Source of the DNA: Octopus sinensis
Lineage: Eukaryota
Length of the DNA: 64,000 bases
Direction: 5' to 3'
Assembly (NCBI RefSeq): GCF_006345805.1
Contig: NW_021836157.1
Location: 4,795 to 68,794 of the forward strand
Under the pieces are notes generated by a model, which worked only from the letters and a program-made list of their open reading frames with translations, did no database searches and was not told the DNA's origin. Below, in pieces: positions 37,246 to 50,800 of the stretch. Both the position numbers and the translations under genes were made by a program. Positions within the stretch are counted from its first letter, which is position 1; each line of letters starts with the position of its first letter.

Positions 37246-37286
37246 GTATAAACAAAAACAATTCTCACACGGTTTTATAAATAAAA

Positions 37287-38030
37287 ATGATGATGAGTGC
37301 CCATATTTCGCATGAAATTATGAAACCGTTTTGCAGCGACACGGATGTAGTCGCTTGGCTGAAGAAAGTAAAGTTGGTGACAAAGCTCCATGGTATAGGT
37401 GACCTGGCGAGCTTCATGCCGCTGTACTTGGATGGTCCGGTGTTGGCGTTGTATTTAGAGATGGAAGAGACAGACCAACTCAGCGCGGTGAAAGTGGAAG
37501 TCCGGTTGATGGAGGCCTTTGCGGAGGGAATGTTCGAGGCATATGCTCGCCTGGGTAGAACAAGATGGACTGGGCAACAGGTGGACGTGTTTGCCAATGA
37601 ACTTAGGAGATTGGCTAAACTGGCGGGTTACGAGGGAGAGTCGCTGGACCAGACGGTTAGGTTGGTGTTCGTGACTGGCTTTCCCGACAACATGTCGGTC
37701 GAGCTACAGCAGCTTCCGAATGTGCATTCGATGCCAATGGCGGACATCATATCTCGGGCACGCGTACTAGTTTCGTGCAGTAGGATGACGTTGGTAGCAG
37801 CGACTGCATCATCGAAAAGTGGCCCAGCTAGGAGCAGCGGAGAGGGGCTAAAGAAAGAACATGTGCGACCGTTCAAAAGACAGTGTTTCCGGTGCCAAGG
37901 TCACACATGGTGTGTGACTGCGTGTCGCCCAAGCCTGAGGTGATTTGCTACTGGTGTCGAGAGCCGGGGCATATGGCCAGCGAGTGTCTGCGGGGAAACA
38001 GCTGTGGGAGACTACTGCGCCGGTAGTTGT
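37287..38030 (+). pseudogene. gag of copy B with Zn knuckles (frameshifted)
   Basis: CFRCQGH and, in the shifted frame, CYWCREPGHMASEC. Confidence 0.75.
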
Positions 38031-38069
38031 CCCTTCGGATAAGTAGAGGCGCGCTTATCGTCGCTACCT

Positions 38070-40824
38070 GTGGTCGACATTCTGGTGGAGGGGAAGATGT
38101 CGCGAGCCCTTGTGGACATGGGCTGTACAACAACCCTGATGACTACAGAAGTGGCAGAGACGTGGAGTGGAGGAAGCAGTGTTAGAGCTGTCGACGGAAG
38201 AGAAGTACACTGCGAAGGGGTTACAGATGCGCGGATTGTGGTGCAGGGACTACAGCTTACGCTGCGAGTGATTGTGGTTGGTCACTTGGTGGACGAGATC
38301 GGCATGGTGATGGGGATGGATGCAATCACCCGCTTGGGAGGTGTCACCATTAACGAGGCTGGTGTAACATTTGGGTTAGCGGGGAAACCGTGTAGGGCGA
38401 GACCATGCACCGGTGACAACCGTGAGGAACAGCATGCTGTGCACACCATTGAAGACCAGGATTTTCGGGCTGTCTTTGATGGCAAGAGGTGGACAGTGGA
38501 GTGGCACTGGAAGGGAGAGCCCCCAATGTTAAAGAATGAAGTGGGCTGCTATCAGCATACTCTAAAATGAGATGCCAGAAGTGAGTTCGAGGGGGAGGTG
38601 GAGTGGTGGATTAAGGAGGGCATATTGATCCCTTGGGAAAAAGAAGAGAGCGGAGTCCTGCCACTGATGGTGGTGATACAGCCCACAAAGCATAAGGTCA
38701 GGCCAGTGCTTGACTTCCGAGAGCTGAATGACCACGTATCATGTCATACAGGCGGTGAAGCCACGGATGTCTGCGGAGACACCTTGCGAGAGTGGAGGCA
38801 GATGACAGGGGCCTCCACGATTGTTGATTTGAAGTCGGCATACCTACAGGTGCATGTGGCTGAGAAATTGTGGAAGTACCAGCTTGTCAGGTATAAGGGC
38901 CGGACGTACTGTCTGACCAGATTGAGGTTCGGGCTGAATTCAGCGCCAAAGATTATGGCAACAATTCTCAAGGCCATCCTGGGAAAGGTGGACAGAGTAA
39001 AAAGGGCCACCAATTCGTACATCGATGACATTCTGGTGGATGAAACCGTGATACCAGCAATGGAGGTCATAGGCCACCTAAAGAGTTTGGGACTGATTGC
39101 CAAGCCACCAGAGGCAATGGAGGGAGGTGCTGCACTGGGCCTCAAGCTATGGAGAGACAAGGCCGGCGCATTGGTGTTCCGGCGAGGGAATGATGTCCCT
39201 GAACTGGGCGCCAGCATGAGTAGATGGGAACTGTTCTCTGTGTGTGGGAAGCTGGTGGGACACTACCCGATTGCAGGTTGGCTCCGGACAGCATGTAGCT
39301 TCATCAAGAGTTGAGCTGAAGGAGTGAAGTGGAATGATAGAGTGGGGGAGAAGACGATCGACATGATGCAGGAAGTCTTGGTCAGAATAGGAGCAGAGGA
39401 CCCAGTGAGGGGCAGCTGGTATGCTCCCAAATCAAAGAGCGGGATTGTATGGTGTGACGCCAGTAGCATTGCAACAGGGGTTGTCTTAGAAGTGGGAGGT
39501 GTCATGGTGGAAGATGCAGCCTGGCTCAGGAAGACGGATGACTGCAATTACATCAATGTGGCGGAGTTGGATGCCGTGTTGAAGGGGGTGAACCTGGCCT
39601 TGAAGTGGGAGTTGCACACCATAGAAACCAGGACTGATTCGGCCACTGTACTTGGCTGGGTGACAGCAGTCATCACCAATGAGCGGAGGGTGTGGACCAA
39701 AGGGGCTGCAGAGATGCTGGTAAAGCGTCAATTGGGAATACTGCGTGAACTAACCACTGAGTTCAATCTGAAGCTGAGAAGGGTAAAGCGAGTCTGGTTG
39801 CAGGTGCCAGAGGATGTGAAGCAGGCTGTAGCTGCAGTATGCCGTCTGAGCGACTCGGAGTTGCGGAGACTGCATACCATGCATCACATGGGTGTGGACA
39901 GGACATTGTTCCTAGCCAGAAAAGTTGACTCCGATGTAACAAGACAGAGCGTGCAGAGAGTGGTTAGCAGCTGTGACAGGTGCCAGTCCATCGACCCTGC
40001 TCCGGGCATACATGAAGCGGGAAGTATTCCAGTGGACCATGACTGGAAACGACTGGCGGTGGACATAACACACTACCGGCAGGGGACATACCTCTCAATG
40101 GTTGACTGCGGACCGGGGCGGTTGGCCATATGAAGGGAGATGAAGACGGGGACCGCAGAAGAAATTGTGAAAGTGTTGAATGAGATATTCCTGGAACGAG
40201 GCTCCGTGGATGAACTGCTTCTGGATAATGGCACTGCATTTCGCTCGGATGTGCTGAAAGAAATGCTTGATGGGTGAAAGGTCAACCGCTTCTTCAGGGC
40301 GGCATACCGGCCAAGTGGAAATGGGGTGGTGGAAAGGCATCATTGTACCATCAAGGCCATGTCAGAGAGGGGTCACATTTCACCAATCAAGGCTGTATTT
40401 TAGTACAATATGTCGCCCAGATCAGGACAGGCTGAGGAGTCGGTGCCACACAGGGCAATATTCAGGTACGAGTGGAGGCATCCGTGTACTGCATCAATGT
40501 TACCCGGGGCAGAGTCGGGGAAGAAGTTTGGGTAAAACCCCCAAACGCACGGTGTACACCACAATGAGGAAAGGGGACAATAACCTCTGTAAATTCAAAG
40601 AATAACATCTCGGTCGATAGTATGCCACGCCACGTTTTGGATATATGGAGGATTGTCCATGCCTCAGAGGATGGGGCCAGCAGCAGTGGGCAAGATGAAA
40701 ACAACACCAGTAGACAGGATGATGAGGCCAGCAGCAACATACCAGGAACCAGTCCTAGGGTTGCACTGCGACCACAGAGGGAACGGCACCCTCCTCCCTG
40801 GTTGGCTGATTATGAAACAAGTTA
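38070..40824 (+). pseudogene. pol of copy B: protease, RT, RNase H, integrase (several stops)
   Basis: ALVDMGC; RPVLDFRELN, DLKSAYLQ, SYIDDILV; WCDASS..INVAELDAV..TDSATV; HMGVDRT..CDRCQ, LAVDITHY, LDNGTAF, SGNGVVERHH; C-terminal PPWLADY. Confidence 0.9.
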
Positions 40825-42207
40825 AGGTGTGAGTTCAGGAGCGGGGAGCGAGTGAGAAAGCCGGTTCAGTGATCTGTAGATCAGGGGGGGTGTGGTGTCG
40901 GTGGAGAAGACGACAGATAGGAAAGGGCAGAAGTAGGGCTTGCAGGGCGCATGCACGGCAGGAAGCAGAAGCGGTGAGCGACGACGCACGTGTGGCATCA
41001 ACGAAGCCAGGGCAGTTGGAGCTGAGACAAGGAAGCGATGAGATGCATTGACTTTGTTGAGAGAGATCTGATCTTCGCTGAGTTTGGTAGACTAATCTTC
41101 GCCGAGGTAAGACCTAATTATATTTCCTTTCTCCTTTTCTGTTGTCCTCTTCATCATTCACACTACAGCTACGATAAGTTGATGACATCTATATACTCTG
41201 GTCCCACCAGGAAGATATCCAAGTGCTGTTAGATCATGTGAACTCAATAAAGCCATCCATACAGTTCACAATGGAAAAGGAAACAGACAATCAGCTAGCA
41301 TTCCTGGACGTATTAATAACACGCACCAAGTATGAATTCAGGACATCCATATGCTGCAAGCCGACCTTTACTGAACAATACTTCAACTTAAATTCCCACC
41401 ATCCATACAGGGCCTAAAACATCAGGCAAAGAATATAAGTAGCGATTGTGATATATACCACGAAGAAATGATCAAGCTCAATAACGATCTGTTAAGTAAC
41501 AACTACCCCAAAAGTATACTATCCACTCCAATTATGAAGAAGCAAGAGGATGAGGCCAATAAACAGTCCACAGTCTGCCTAGCCTATGTGAAAGGCCTCT
41601 CCGTAAAGATACAAAAGATATGCAGCCCATATGACATCAGGACACTTCACAAATATCTCCTTCGAGTAAAACCACCAATAGAAGAGAATATGACCAAAGA
41701 CTGTGTGTACTCCATCCCATGCAAGCTGTGGTAGGTTATAGAAAGGTGAAACATGCTGCCCCCTCAAAATAAGGTTAGACGAACATCACAATGCTGTGAC
41801 ACAAGGAGATATTGATAAATTGGGTATAGCTGATCATGTATGGAAAAATGGAGACCACCTCCCCCTATGGGATGAAATTAAAATAATAGACACCACTGAA
41901 AAATACGAAAACTAAAAGAAGCAGGACATATGCTAGGACACAACAACCTCCTAAGTAGACCAAGTGCAGATATGTGCAACATATGGGAACTGGTATTAAG
42001 GAAGGATAGAAAAATACTAGATTTATAAGCCCTAAAAGTCACTCCATAATTGCCTAGGGGCATATGGTGTAGTGGTTAAGAGTGCAGACTACTAACCCCA
42101 AGATTCTGAGTTCGTTTCCAAGCAGACACCTGAACAATAATAATAATAATAACAATAACATTGAAAAATACCTTAAGAATGCGAACCAAGGTTCAAAATT
42201 TCCCCAA

Positions 42208-42253
42208 GACACTTGAAGAAGGCTGGAGGGTATATCAGCCGAAACATTGTGTT
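42208..42253 (+). ncRNA. Degenerate type I hammerhead in the PLE 3' repeat
   Basis: GACAC-TTGAAGA-A-GGCTG..CAGCC-GAAAC-ATT-GTGTT; C3>U and G16.2>A. Confidence 0.55.
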
Positions 42254-42672
42254 AACAACAAACAAAATGACAAATATCCGTCGAATGTAAATAATTTTAC
42301 TTTTTCTGTTTTTCTCTTCTGTATGTTACAGATGGCATTTCTTTAAATGTGTTGTGTTGTGTTTCACTCGGGAGTTATTCAGATTGTGATTTTTTTTCTT
42401 TTTGCAATCGAAAATCGCAGTTATGTTAGAAATTTCATAAAGTCCATGTGTTGTTATTTGCAATGTTTACACTTTGTACATTTGCAAAAAATTCTTCCCA
42501 TTTAATATATTTTAATTTGTATTTCTTCAAGTGTATTCTTTATCACCCAGGAAGACATTCGGAGCTTCTTTTAGGTTTTTCCTTTTTTTAACGATAGATA
42601 TCACAGCTTTTTAGAAATTTTGTTAGTGATTTTCTGGGAGCTTACAAAAGCACGTATTGATCAGAGGCCATG

Positions 42673-42719
<47 letters not shown>

Positions 42720-43196
42720 AGAAAAAAGCATCAAGAATGGATTAATTGTTCAGTACAATTGTTTCATACGAAGAACAGCTTTATTAAAAGCTGCAAATAT
42801 TGCAGCAAATACAAGTGTCCCGTATTCATCAGCCAAAACACATATGAGTTTTCCAAACATCCTAGGGGGTGAGGCTACACTCATGAAGTATCAAAGAGAG
42901 TTCTATAAAAAGCAAAGTTAGATTGTAAGCAGACTTCAAAAGTCCTCTAGTGATGCACAGTTTTATAAAAAGTTTTAAAAAGGTTTGTTAGCTTCACAGA
43001 AAAGGTAAATCCATCCATAATAATGCAGGTGCAATTTCCGGAGATATGAGGAGATATTTCATACTCAGAGACGATGAATTTATCCATAATAATGTAGGTA
43101 TAATTTCCTGATATATGAGAAGATGCTGATCACATTTCTGTTCATTTCACAAAACCTAGCATTTCAAAAGCTAGTATATATATAGAGAGAGAGAGA

Positions 43197-44439
43197 CTAG
43201 CTGAAGGTGACATGCTCTACGTGCGGGTAAGAGTGTGGTTGTTACTTTCTATTGCTTCCTTTCAGAACGTAAAAAGCACCATCCGAACTTGGCCGATGGC
43301 AGCGTCGCCTTGATTGGTTTCAGTGCCGGTGGCACGTAAAAAGCACCAACTCATTGTGGCCACTTCCAGCCCCCCTGGCACCTGTGCCGGTGGCACGAAA
43401 AAAGCACCCACTACACTCACAGAGTGGTTGGCGTTAGGAAGGGCATCCAGCTGTAGAAACACTGCCAGATCAGACTGGAGCCTGGTGCAGCCTCTTGGCT
43501 TCCTTCCCATACCCCGGTCAAACTGTCCAACCCATGCTACCATGGAAAACGGACGTTAAACGATGATGATGATGATGATTCTCCGTCTTTGTTTCTCTCT
43601 CCTTTCTCTCTCACTTTCCCACTCTCTTACTTTTCTTTTCTCTCGGACTCTCCCTCGCTTTCTCTTACTCTCTATCTTTATCTATCTCTCTCCCATTTAT
43701 AAACAACAAAAGATCTTGAGTAAGTTGAGAAATAAAATATTTAGAAAGATCAATCATAAATATCAGGCAGTGACAACGGAAAGGTCTGCTTCAAGGCAGA
43801 CAGCAAAACACTAACATTTAAAAGGGACACACGAACTTGCGAGCTGAATAAAAATAATAAAATATTGGAAACCAAAGTTTGAAGGGATAGAATCTGAGGA
43901 TAGTAGAGTCACCATGGCTGACATTTCTTAACGACAAACAGCAACGTATTGACAGTTTAACGGCTGGCGTAAAATTTTGAACTTCATGTAAAAGAAAATT
44001 CCTAAACACCAAGTTTTGAAGTGATTCTTTCTCACGACAGTAGACCCACCATGGCAAGCATTCAAAACTTCTTCATCATGGACGGCAACACATTGTCGAT
44101 TAAAAGGCTGGTGCCAATTTTTTAGCTTGATGTAACAGAGAACTCCTAAACACCCGCTCCTGTAAATTTTAATCCCCTTCCAGCCCCATTTAGACCCCTT
44201 TTCACATTTTGGTTAATATAACCCGATTTCATTCGGGTCTACTGGGGCCAATTTTATAAGATGAGGAATTTTGTCCTAGAGGTCACGCCTTTCATTTGAG
44301 GAAAAAAATAGTTGTCATGCAAACTCGCCAGCACTTTTAACACAGGTGTGCATATTATTTAGCTCAACCGACCACATAATGAACACATTACATATATTAT
44401 CATCATCATCATCATCATCGTTTAACGTCCGTCTTACGT

Positions 44440-44478
<39 letters not shown>

Positions 44479-45359
44479 GTGTGTGTGTGTGTGTGTGCAC
44501 GCATTATATATACAAATGTATACAAATTATATATATATATAAATTAAATTAGAGATAAAACCACTAATAGGCAAATCAAACAGTGAAAAACATAAACCAA
44601 AACATAAAAATAAAAATATAATATACAAAATATATAAAATTGAAAAATTTAAATCATTTAGATTTAAAATTAAAATTATTAATTTATATTTATAATTTTA
44701 AAAAAAATATATATAACTATCAAAAAGTATTAAAAAGTTTAATATACATAAATACAGATATATACAGTTTGTATATATACATTATATATACATATTTATA
44801 TATAGAACACACACACACACACACACACACATATAAATTAACCGAATAAATATCTGATTCATAATATTTGTTCTCATGATTGTGTGGTGGTGGTGTCGAT
44901 GATAATTCTCTCTATGAATGCAGACAGACGTAGAGAGAGAGAGAGAGAGAGAGAGAGAGTGTGTGTGAAAGCGCCGTCGAAGGCGAGGAGGGGGAGATAT
45001 AGAACGCTGTGAAACGACGTTATAAAGAGAAAGTGAAGGGGAAGTAGATGCTGTGAAACGACGTTATAAATAGAATGTGATGAGAAGGGAGGAAAGAGAG
45101 TGAGTGATGGAGGAAGACAGATACATAAAAGAATGAGAGTAGACTTGTCAAAGTACGTTTTTGGCCCTAGCAATGACACCTTTTAAGATAGGGATTTCTC
45201 ACCTAGCGCACTCGCATCCTCACCTCATTTTACATGTCCCTGCAAATTTTGGAGTCAATCCGACGGGATCTAGTGGCCTTTAACCCGTTCTCAATGCCAA
45301 AACCAGACAAACAAACAAACAAACAAACTTTTTACATTTCAGAATTATAATATAGAGAT
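43197..45359 (-). mobile_element. Probable non-autonomous Helitron with nested SINE and microsatellites
   Basis: Minus 5' A^TCTCTATATTATAATTCTG...(TTTG)n at 45359; possible degenerate hairpin+CTAG at 43197-43230. Linkage of the two ends is inferred. Confidence 0.4.
43262..43579 (+). mobile_element. RTE 3'-tail / SINE tail copy with (GAT)n
   Basis: Same GCCGGTGGCACGTAAAAAGCACC repeats and CCCATGCTA..GACGTTAAACGATGAT end as 30397 and 60368. Confidence 0.8.
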
Positions 45360-46608
45360 AATCAAAATAAGTAACAAGGATATCCTTGTTGCTTATTTTG
45401 ATTGTAATCATCCTATTTTGAATTATATGGATTAACGAGTTAGACCAAGTGAATGACAAGAGAGAGGGATTTTCATGAAAGACCAAACATGCTTGACTAG
45501 CACTAACCCCGACAAATGCCATAGTGCTAGTATATATATATATATAAAGTTGGAAAAGCACAGAAGTATATTTTAGAGAATATTTAATAAAATATAACCA
45601 GTTTGGAAGTATCCATCTTATCAATTATTGGAAACTAGCAGGACCCATGAATATTTCATAGAATTAATGGTAAACCTATTTAGTTATTTCTGAAAACTTT
45701 ATCCAAAAAATCTGAAAGTGTAACCTGTGGTGTATCTGTATGGAAAGATAGTTGCTCATCTGATGCTCATTGAAAAGTGAAAGAAATTGGAATTCCATGA
45801 TTACTTAATGCACTTTATATATACATTTTATATACTTTATGCACAGCACTCATAAAATAAATATTCACTCTCATTTTTCCATTTTCCCCATGAACTAAAA
45901 AAATATCCTATACATATGATACCACCTTTAGTCAAATTGCATATATCTGCCACTTAAACAAGCATGAATATTTCACAGAATTGCACTTATGTGCATTTAT
46001 ATAAAACATAAAATGCATCTTTAGATGTGTGTGTCAGTCACAATAATGTATATATACTAACAGGCACATACACTGTCACACACATATACTTGTCAGTAAT
46101 TGGCCTAACATACGTAATGAGTGCACGAACACACTCATATAAAAAATGTGATGTCATTGTTGTTGTAGTGGTGATAAAAGATGTTGTTTGCAAAAGGTGA
46201 CTAAAAGAAAAATGATAATGTTAAATTTTTGTAATGCAAATATGTGAAGGAAATATAGTTTAGTTGGTACAACACACACCTCTCACTCGCTCACTCACTC
46301 ACTCAATGTCTGTTTCTCTCTCTCTCTCACACACATCCATTCCATATACATGTATATCTTACACTTTCTCCTCCCTTTTACTTTCTCCCCTCACTTCAAA
46401 GCAAATGTCGCCTTTTCACTTTATTCTTTCTTTCAATTTCTGCTCCCTTCAAAGCATAAAGAAATTTTAAAATTTTTACGGAAATTAATGACCAAACATA
46501 TGATCCAATATATGTTGAGTAGACAACTTTGCTTCTTCAAATAAAAGAATGCCATAAAATAACTTCCCTTGACACACACACATTCACACACACACAACAC
46601 ACACACAC

Positions 46609-46659
<51 letters not shown>

Positions 46660-47339
46660 GCTCTAGCCAAAACTTCTGTGCAAATTATGTTATTTCTTGC
46701 AGTGTGCACACAAGAAAGTTTTCCCAGACATCCTGTCCTTTACCTCTTCTTTCTAGCATGTCCGAGGTGACATTTCTGCTCCTCCGCCTTATTCTTTTCA
46801 TAAATTTCTTCTGATTCCTATGTTTGCAATATAGGAGATTAGGATTTCACCCACAAAACACGTTCTCAATATTTTAATTTCTCCCTCTCTACACCAAATT
46901 CATTTTTTACTTTTTTCAAATTTTTATTCTTGATAACCCATGGACAAAAAACAGTGAGTACGAATCTTTAAGAATTTTATCCATCACCTCACCACTTTCA
47001 ATGTTTCAATGTTTCATTTTTAGTTTTTCAGAAAGCGGGGAAGTTTCTTCAGAAATAATGTTGTTTACCTGTTGTTTCTAGCATGTCGTGTTTTCTGGTG
47101 ATGGTCTGGTATTTTTTAAGTTTGCTATTTCAGTAGAATTCTATGCAAGTGAGAAACATCAGACAAAAGTGAGAGATTAGGAGATTTTAACTTTTTGAAA
47201 GCTGGTAGGTGATGGGTGGGTGAGGTGGGGAAAGGGGTATTGACTGTTTCTTTAAGAAAAATTAGACTATAAAAAAATATATGTATTTCCCAGATTCATT
47301 ATCTCTGTAGATAACAAAAAAAGAGCCAAATCGCCAATA

Positions 47340-49470
47340 TCTTAGACATTACCCTGGACTTAAATCAAGTCTATATCACCTTTTCCATAAACCCAACCAA
47401 TCTTTACAAATATATCAATGTCCTATCTAATCATCCTAAACTTACTCTTAATAGTGTAATCACAGGCATATCTATCAGAATTCCAACTTATCTGCAAAGA
47501 AAGTTTTAACAGTCATGACCCATATTATAATCAGGCCCTTCAAATAAGCAGCTTCCATGAAAAGATCTACTATATCCTCAATACTAAGCTTAAAGCTAAA
47601 ATAGCACATCACTTTCCCAATACTAACTCTGAATCTACTGATAATTCTTCTGCTCAACCCAATTCAACAACTCCCCCCCAAACCCCTACACATTACACCC
47701 GGCAGCCCCACTGACCACCCCCAGTCTCCCCCTCATGATCCACCCACTACAACCATACACTCTAAACATTCTCTCTCCAAGTTAAATCTCTACCTAAACT
47801 TTTCTTTAAAATCTTGAAATCTAATTTCCCACCACAGCATAAATACTACCCTATCTTTAATAAATCATCCATGAAAACCTCCTACTCCACCACACCTAAT
47901 TTGGGAAACAATCACCTCCTCTAACAGATGCAAACTTCAGTACCAGTCCTTGGAACATCCAAACTCTCACACTGCACCTCAAATTAACTCACCTATTAGC
48001 AGCAATACAACCCTTAGTTGTATTGCTAAATGATACCAGACTCAAGGTATCTTCCTACAATTCTATCCAAATGACAACATACAGTAGCTGCAATATTAGA
48101 TTGCACTTCAGGTTCTCCCTTACTAATAATGGACCAATGGAGCTCAACCTCCCCAGCAGCAAACTCCAGCCACAGAGCAGGTAGGAAAACTTGCAATTGT
48201 TGGGTTTCTCAACGATATCCTCTTGGAGGCTTCTGTTTATGTAAAAATGTAGTCTATAAATGCTGTGTTATAGCACCATGCTCCCACCAAGTAAGGGTAT
48301 ATATTGGCTGTACAGTTGATTTCAAGCATGCTACTGTGCACATATGAACTCTTTCTCCAATCCAGATTCTAAATTGTCAACCTCCTTAGCAACTTATACA
48401 CACGACCTTAAATCTTAAAATATTCCACATACCCTATCCTGGTCCATAGTAAGTGGGGCTCCCCCATACAATGTAAACATCAGTATGTGTAAATTATGTT
48501 CAAGAGAATCGCTTACTATTCTTGCCTTCACAACCCCTCATTACTTAATAGATTCTCAGATGTAAATTTGTCTTGTAAACATAGGTGCTACCCATCTTTC
48601 ATGCATTTTAGTAAATCTATGCAATCCTGTAACTATAAGTATCCATGCACAAAATTAACCTTGAACTAAGACAAAGTCAGCTTAGCAACCTACTACTTAA
48701 CAAATACTATCTCCTTATTAATCTTTCTTTTATATACCTTTTCAAATACTTCTAAACCACAACCTCCCACTTCCCTCATGGTCTCTCAACCCTCCTAAGT
48801 AGACACTTCTTTCTCCTCCTTACCAAAAGTACTTTGGATACTAACCTGTCTACTTCCTCCCTATTTATTTCTCTGTATTCAGTTTCATACACCCCTGCAT
48901 ATCATGGCACTCCCCCTCCAATACCAACTCAATTCTTTTGTCCCATTAACAACTGCTATATTGACCACCAACTCACCCCCACTCTATCTTCCTCTTTAGT
49001 TTCTCTTATACCTCTCTACATACCTTTAAAAATGTCCTCAGCCACTGAACCAGTCAACTTATTTCCCTCAAATAATGGCCATTCCCTTTCTCACTATTTC
49101 AGCCATTAATTCTATAGCCTTCATACAAACTAACAAAATAGACTATCATTCACATACTCCCTACATTACTCTCCCCTCTTCCTCCTCTACTATTATAACT
49201 CCCTACCAGCATCATTATTAACCTCTAACCCTTGAAATTTATTTTCTCTCTCAATTCTCTGTCTGAATACCTCCCCAATTCCCCCCTCCAATACACTTAG
49301 CCCTCCACAAAATCATTCCATCTTTGAACTTCTTTCTTTCAACACCTGAAATGTTAGATCTCTTCCCTGAAGACAAAAGCTTGTCTCATCCGATGATGGA
49401 ATCAATCTACAAGCATTATTTTGGACCACTGAGTCCCCAGAAACAGCTGTTGGATTTGTAATACTTTTCT
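47340..49470 (+). mobile_element. Ancient PLE relic (thumb + GIY-YIG) with degenerate hammerhead-like end at ~49390-49460
   Basis: LDITLDLN..YINVLSNHP; CNC..PLGGFCLCKNVVYKC..VYIGCT; WSIV..APPYN..CKLCSRE; LLNRFS..SCKHR. Confidence 0.7.
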
Positions 49471-50059
49471 TCAACCCCTTTAATCCTGAATATCATTTCT
49501 ATTCTGCATAAGTCGGATCTTTTTGTATGTAAACATATATACATTTTTAAATTTCATGTATTTAATATACTTATATATTGACCTGTCTAAATTGCTTATC
49601 CCTACATTAGCTTATACACACACAGACATTCATGTACATACATATATTCACACTCAAATATGCATAATTAAGGGAGTGCCTATGCATACACACATATATA
49701 CATACATATTTATGTATACACATGAACAGATGTATTTACAAAATGAAACAAGGGTATGTATACACATAAGTTGTATAAAAATAATGTCTGAGCCTTAAAT
49801 GGGATTGGTTATCTCCCTTAGACCGGTTCAGTTAGAAAATCTTATGAACCTAAAGGATGAATGGGGAACCTCCACTCTTAGGTTGGTTCTGGTTTGTAAA
49901 TACCTTTTACAGCCCTAATCAATGAAATGGAGAATCCCCGCGCCGGCAATTCATAGCATCTGAAATGGGGGCAGGAACTATAGATCTTGTATCTTGAGTT
50001 TAAGAGACACCCCCGGTCCAGCAAATCTTTAAGGAACCTTACCCACTCTACTGTGCAAA

Positions 50060-50490
50060 GCTTGCATTGTCTGCTCCTGTTTATATAGGGCCCAGCACAT
50101 GATTGTCAGTGAACTAGACAAGTCTTATAAATAGATGAACCAGTAGACAGTTGAGATCAAATTGTGAGAGCATTAATCTTGTTACTGGTTCTGTATTAGA
50201 GTATTGGATTGTTATTGTGTGAATGATTATAATAAGATAACCAATTCTTGTTACATAGCTTATTGTACACACACACATATATTGTCACTGATGATGTAAC
50301 AGTTGGCAACGAGAAGTGTTTGAAACACTCAAATTCTTGTGAATTGTATATCTTTTGTTTATGAGAACATAAAATCCATCTTGTTTATTATGGAAGAATT
50401 ACTATCGGCCATGACAGAGTTGCAAAAACAGCAGCACAAGATTTTACAGGCTCTGCTCAAGGAAATGAAAATCTTACAAATGCATTTACA
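50060..50490 (+). mobile_element. Gypsy relic: LTR end, canonical PBS and gag start
   Basis: TATAAATAG, ...TGTAACA-GT-TGGCAACGAG (50304-50313; one transition from TGGCGACGAG, the tRNA-Ser(GCU) 3' complement), MEELLSAMTELQKQQHKILQALL at 50390. Confidence 0.6.
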
Positions 50491-50639
50491 CTAGAGTTTT
50501 GCTAAGAAAATTAGCACCAGCAGAACATGAAAAGTATATTAATTATATACTACAGATAATAAAGCAGACAAGTTAAACAAGACACACTTTCTGAACTTGT
50601 TTTCAGATATTAAATGAGTCCATAAACTCATGTTCTACT

Positions 50640-50800
50640 CTAACAGTCATCTGCTGAGCAATGTCTTTGCTTAGCTCTTGATACACATCATCTGTAATAC
50701 CTTGAACAGCATAGAATACCAGGCTGAATTGAAGGCCTTTTTATAGTGAATGAACACCATGTACTGTGGAACATTAGGTTTTCTGGCTTTCTCTGTGATA
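50640..50800 (-). pseudogene. Small RTE RT fragment
   Basis: ITEKARKPNVPQYMVFIHYKKAFNS resembles the F.DY.KAFDS motif. Confidence 0.5.

Larger units (their letters stand above)
36972..41167 (+). mobile_element. Compact Gypsy-like LTR retrotransposon (copy B, 4196 bp)
   Basis: LTRs 36972-37233 and 40891-41167, TG..CA, 5-bp TSD GCTAC, PPT AGGGGGGG; gag-PR-RT-RH-IN order. Confidence 0.95.
36263..42300 (+). mobile_element. Penelope/Poseidon-type PLE, 5'-truncated, split by Gypsy-like copy B (PLE parts 36263-36971 and 41173-42300)
   Basis: MYSLPKIHKDGIPLRPIV, SLDVISLFTKVP, GLAMGSPLSP | R*VDD, IQFTMEKE..LAFLDV, CVYSIPC..GET...RLDEH (GIY-YIG); 3' tRNA-like segment and hammerhead-like motif. Confidence 0.85.

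Noticed and set aside
42056-42140. tRNA-like sequence with A/B boxes (also about 62815-62845)
   Set aside because: Cloverleaf incomplete and embedded in a repeat; treated as a tRNA-derived head, not a tRNA gene.
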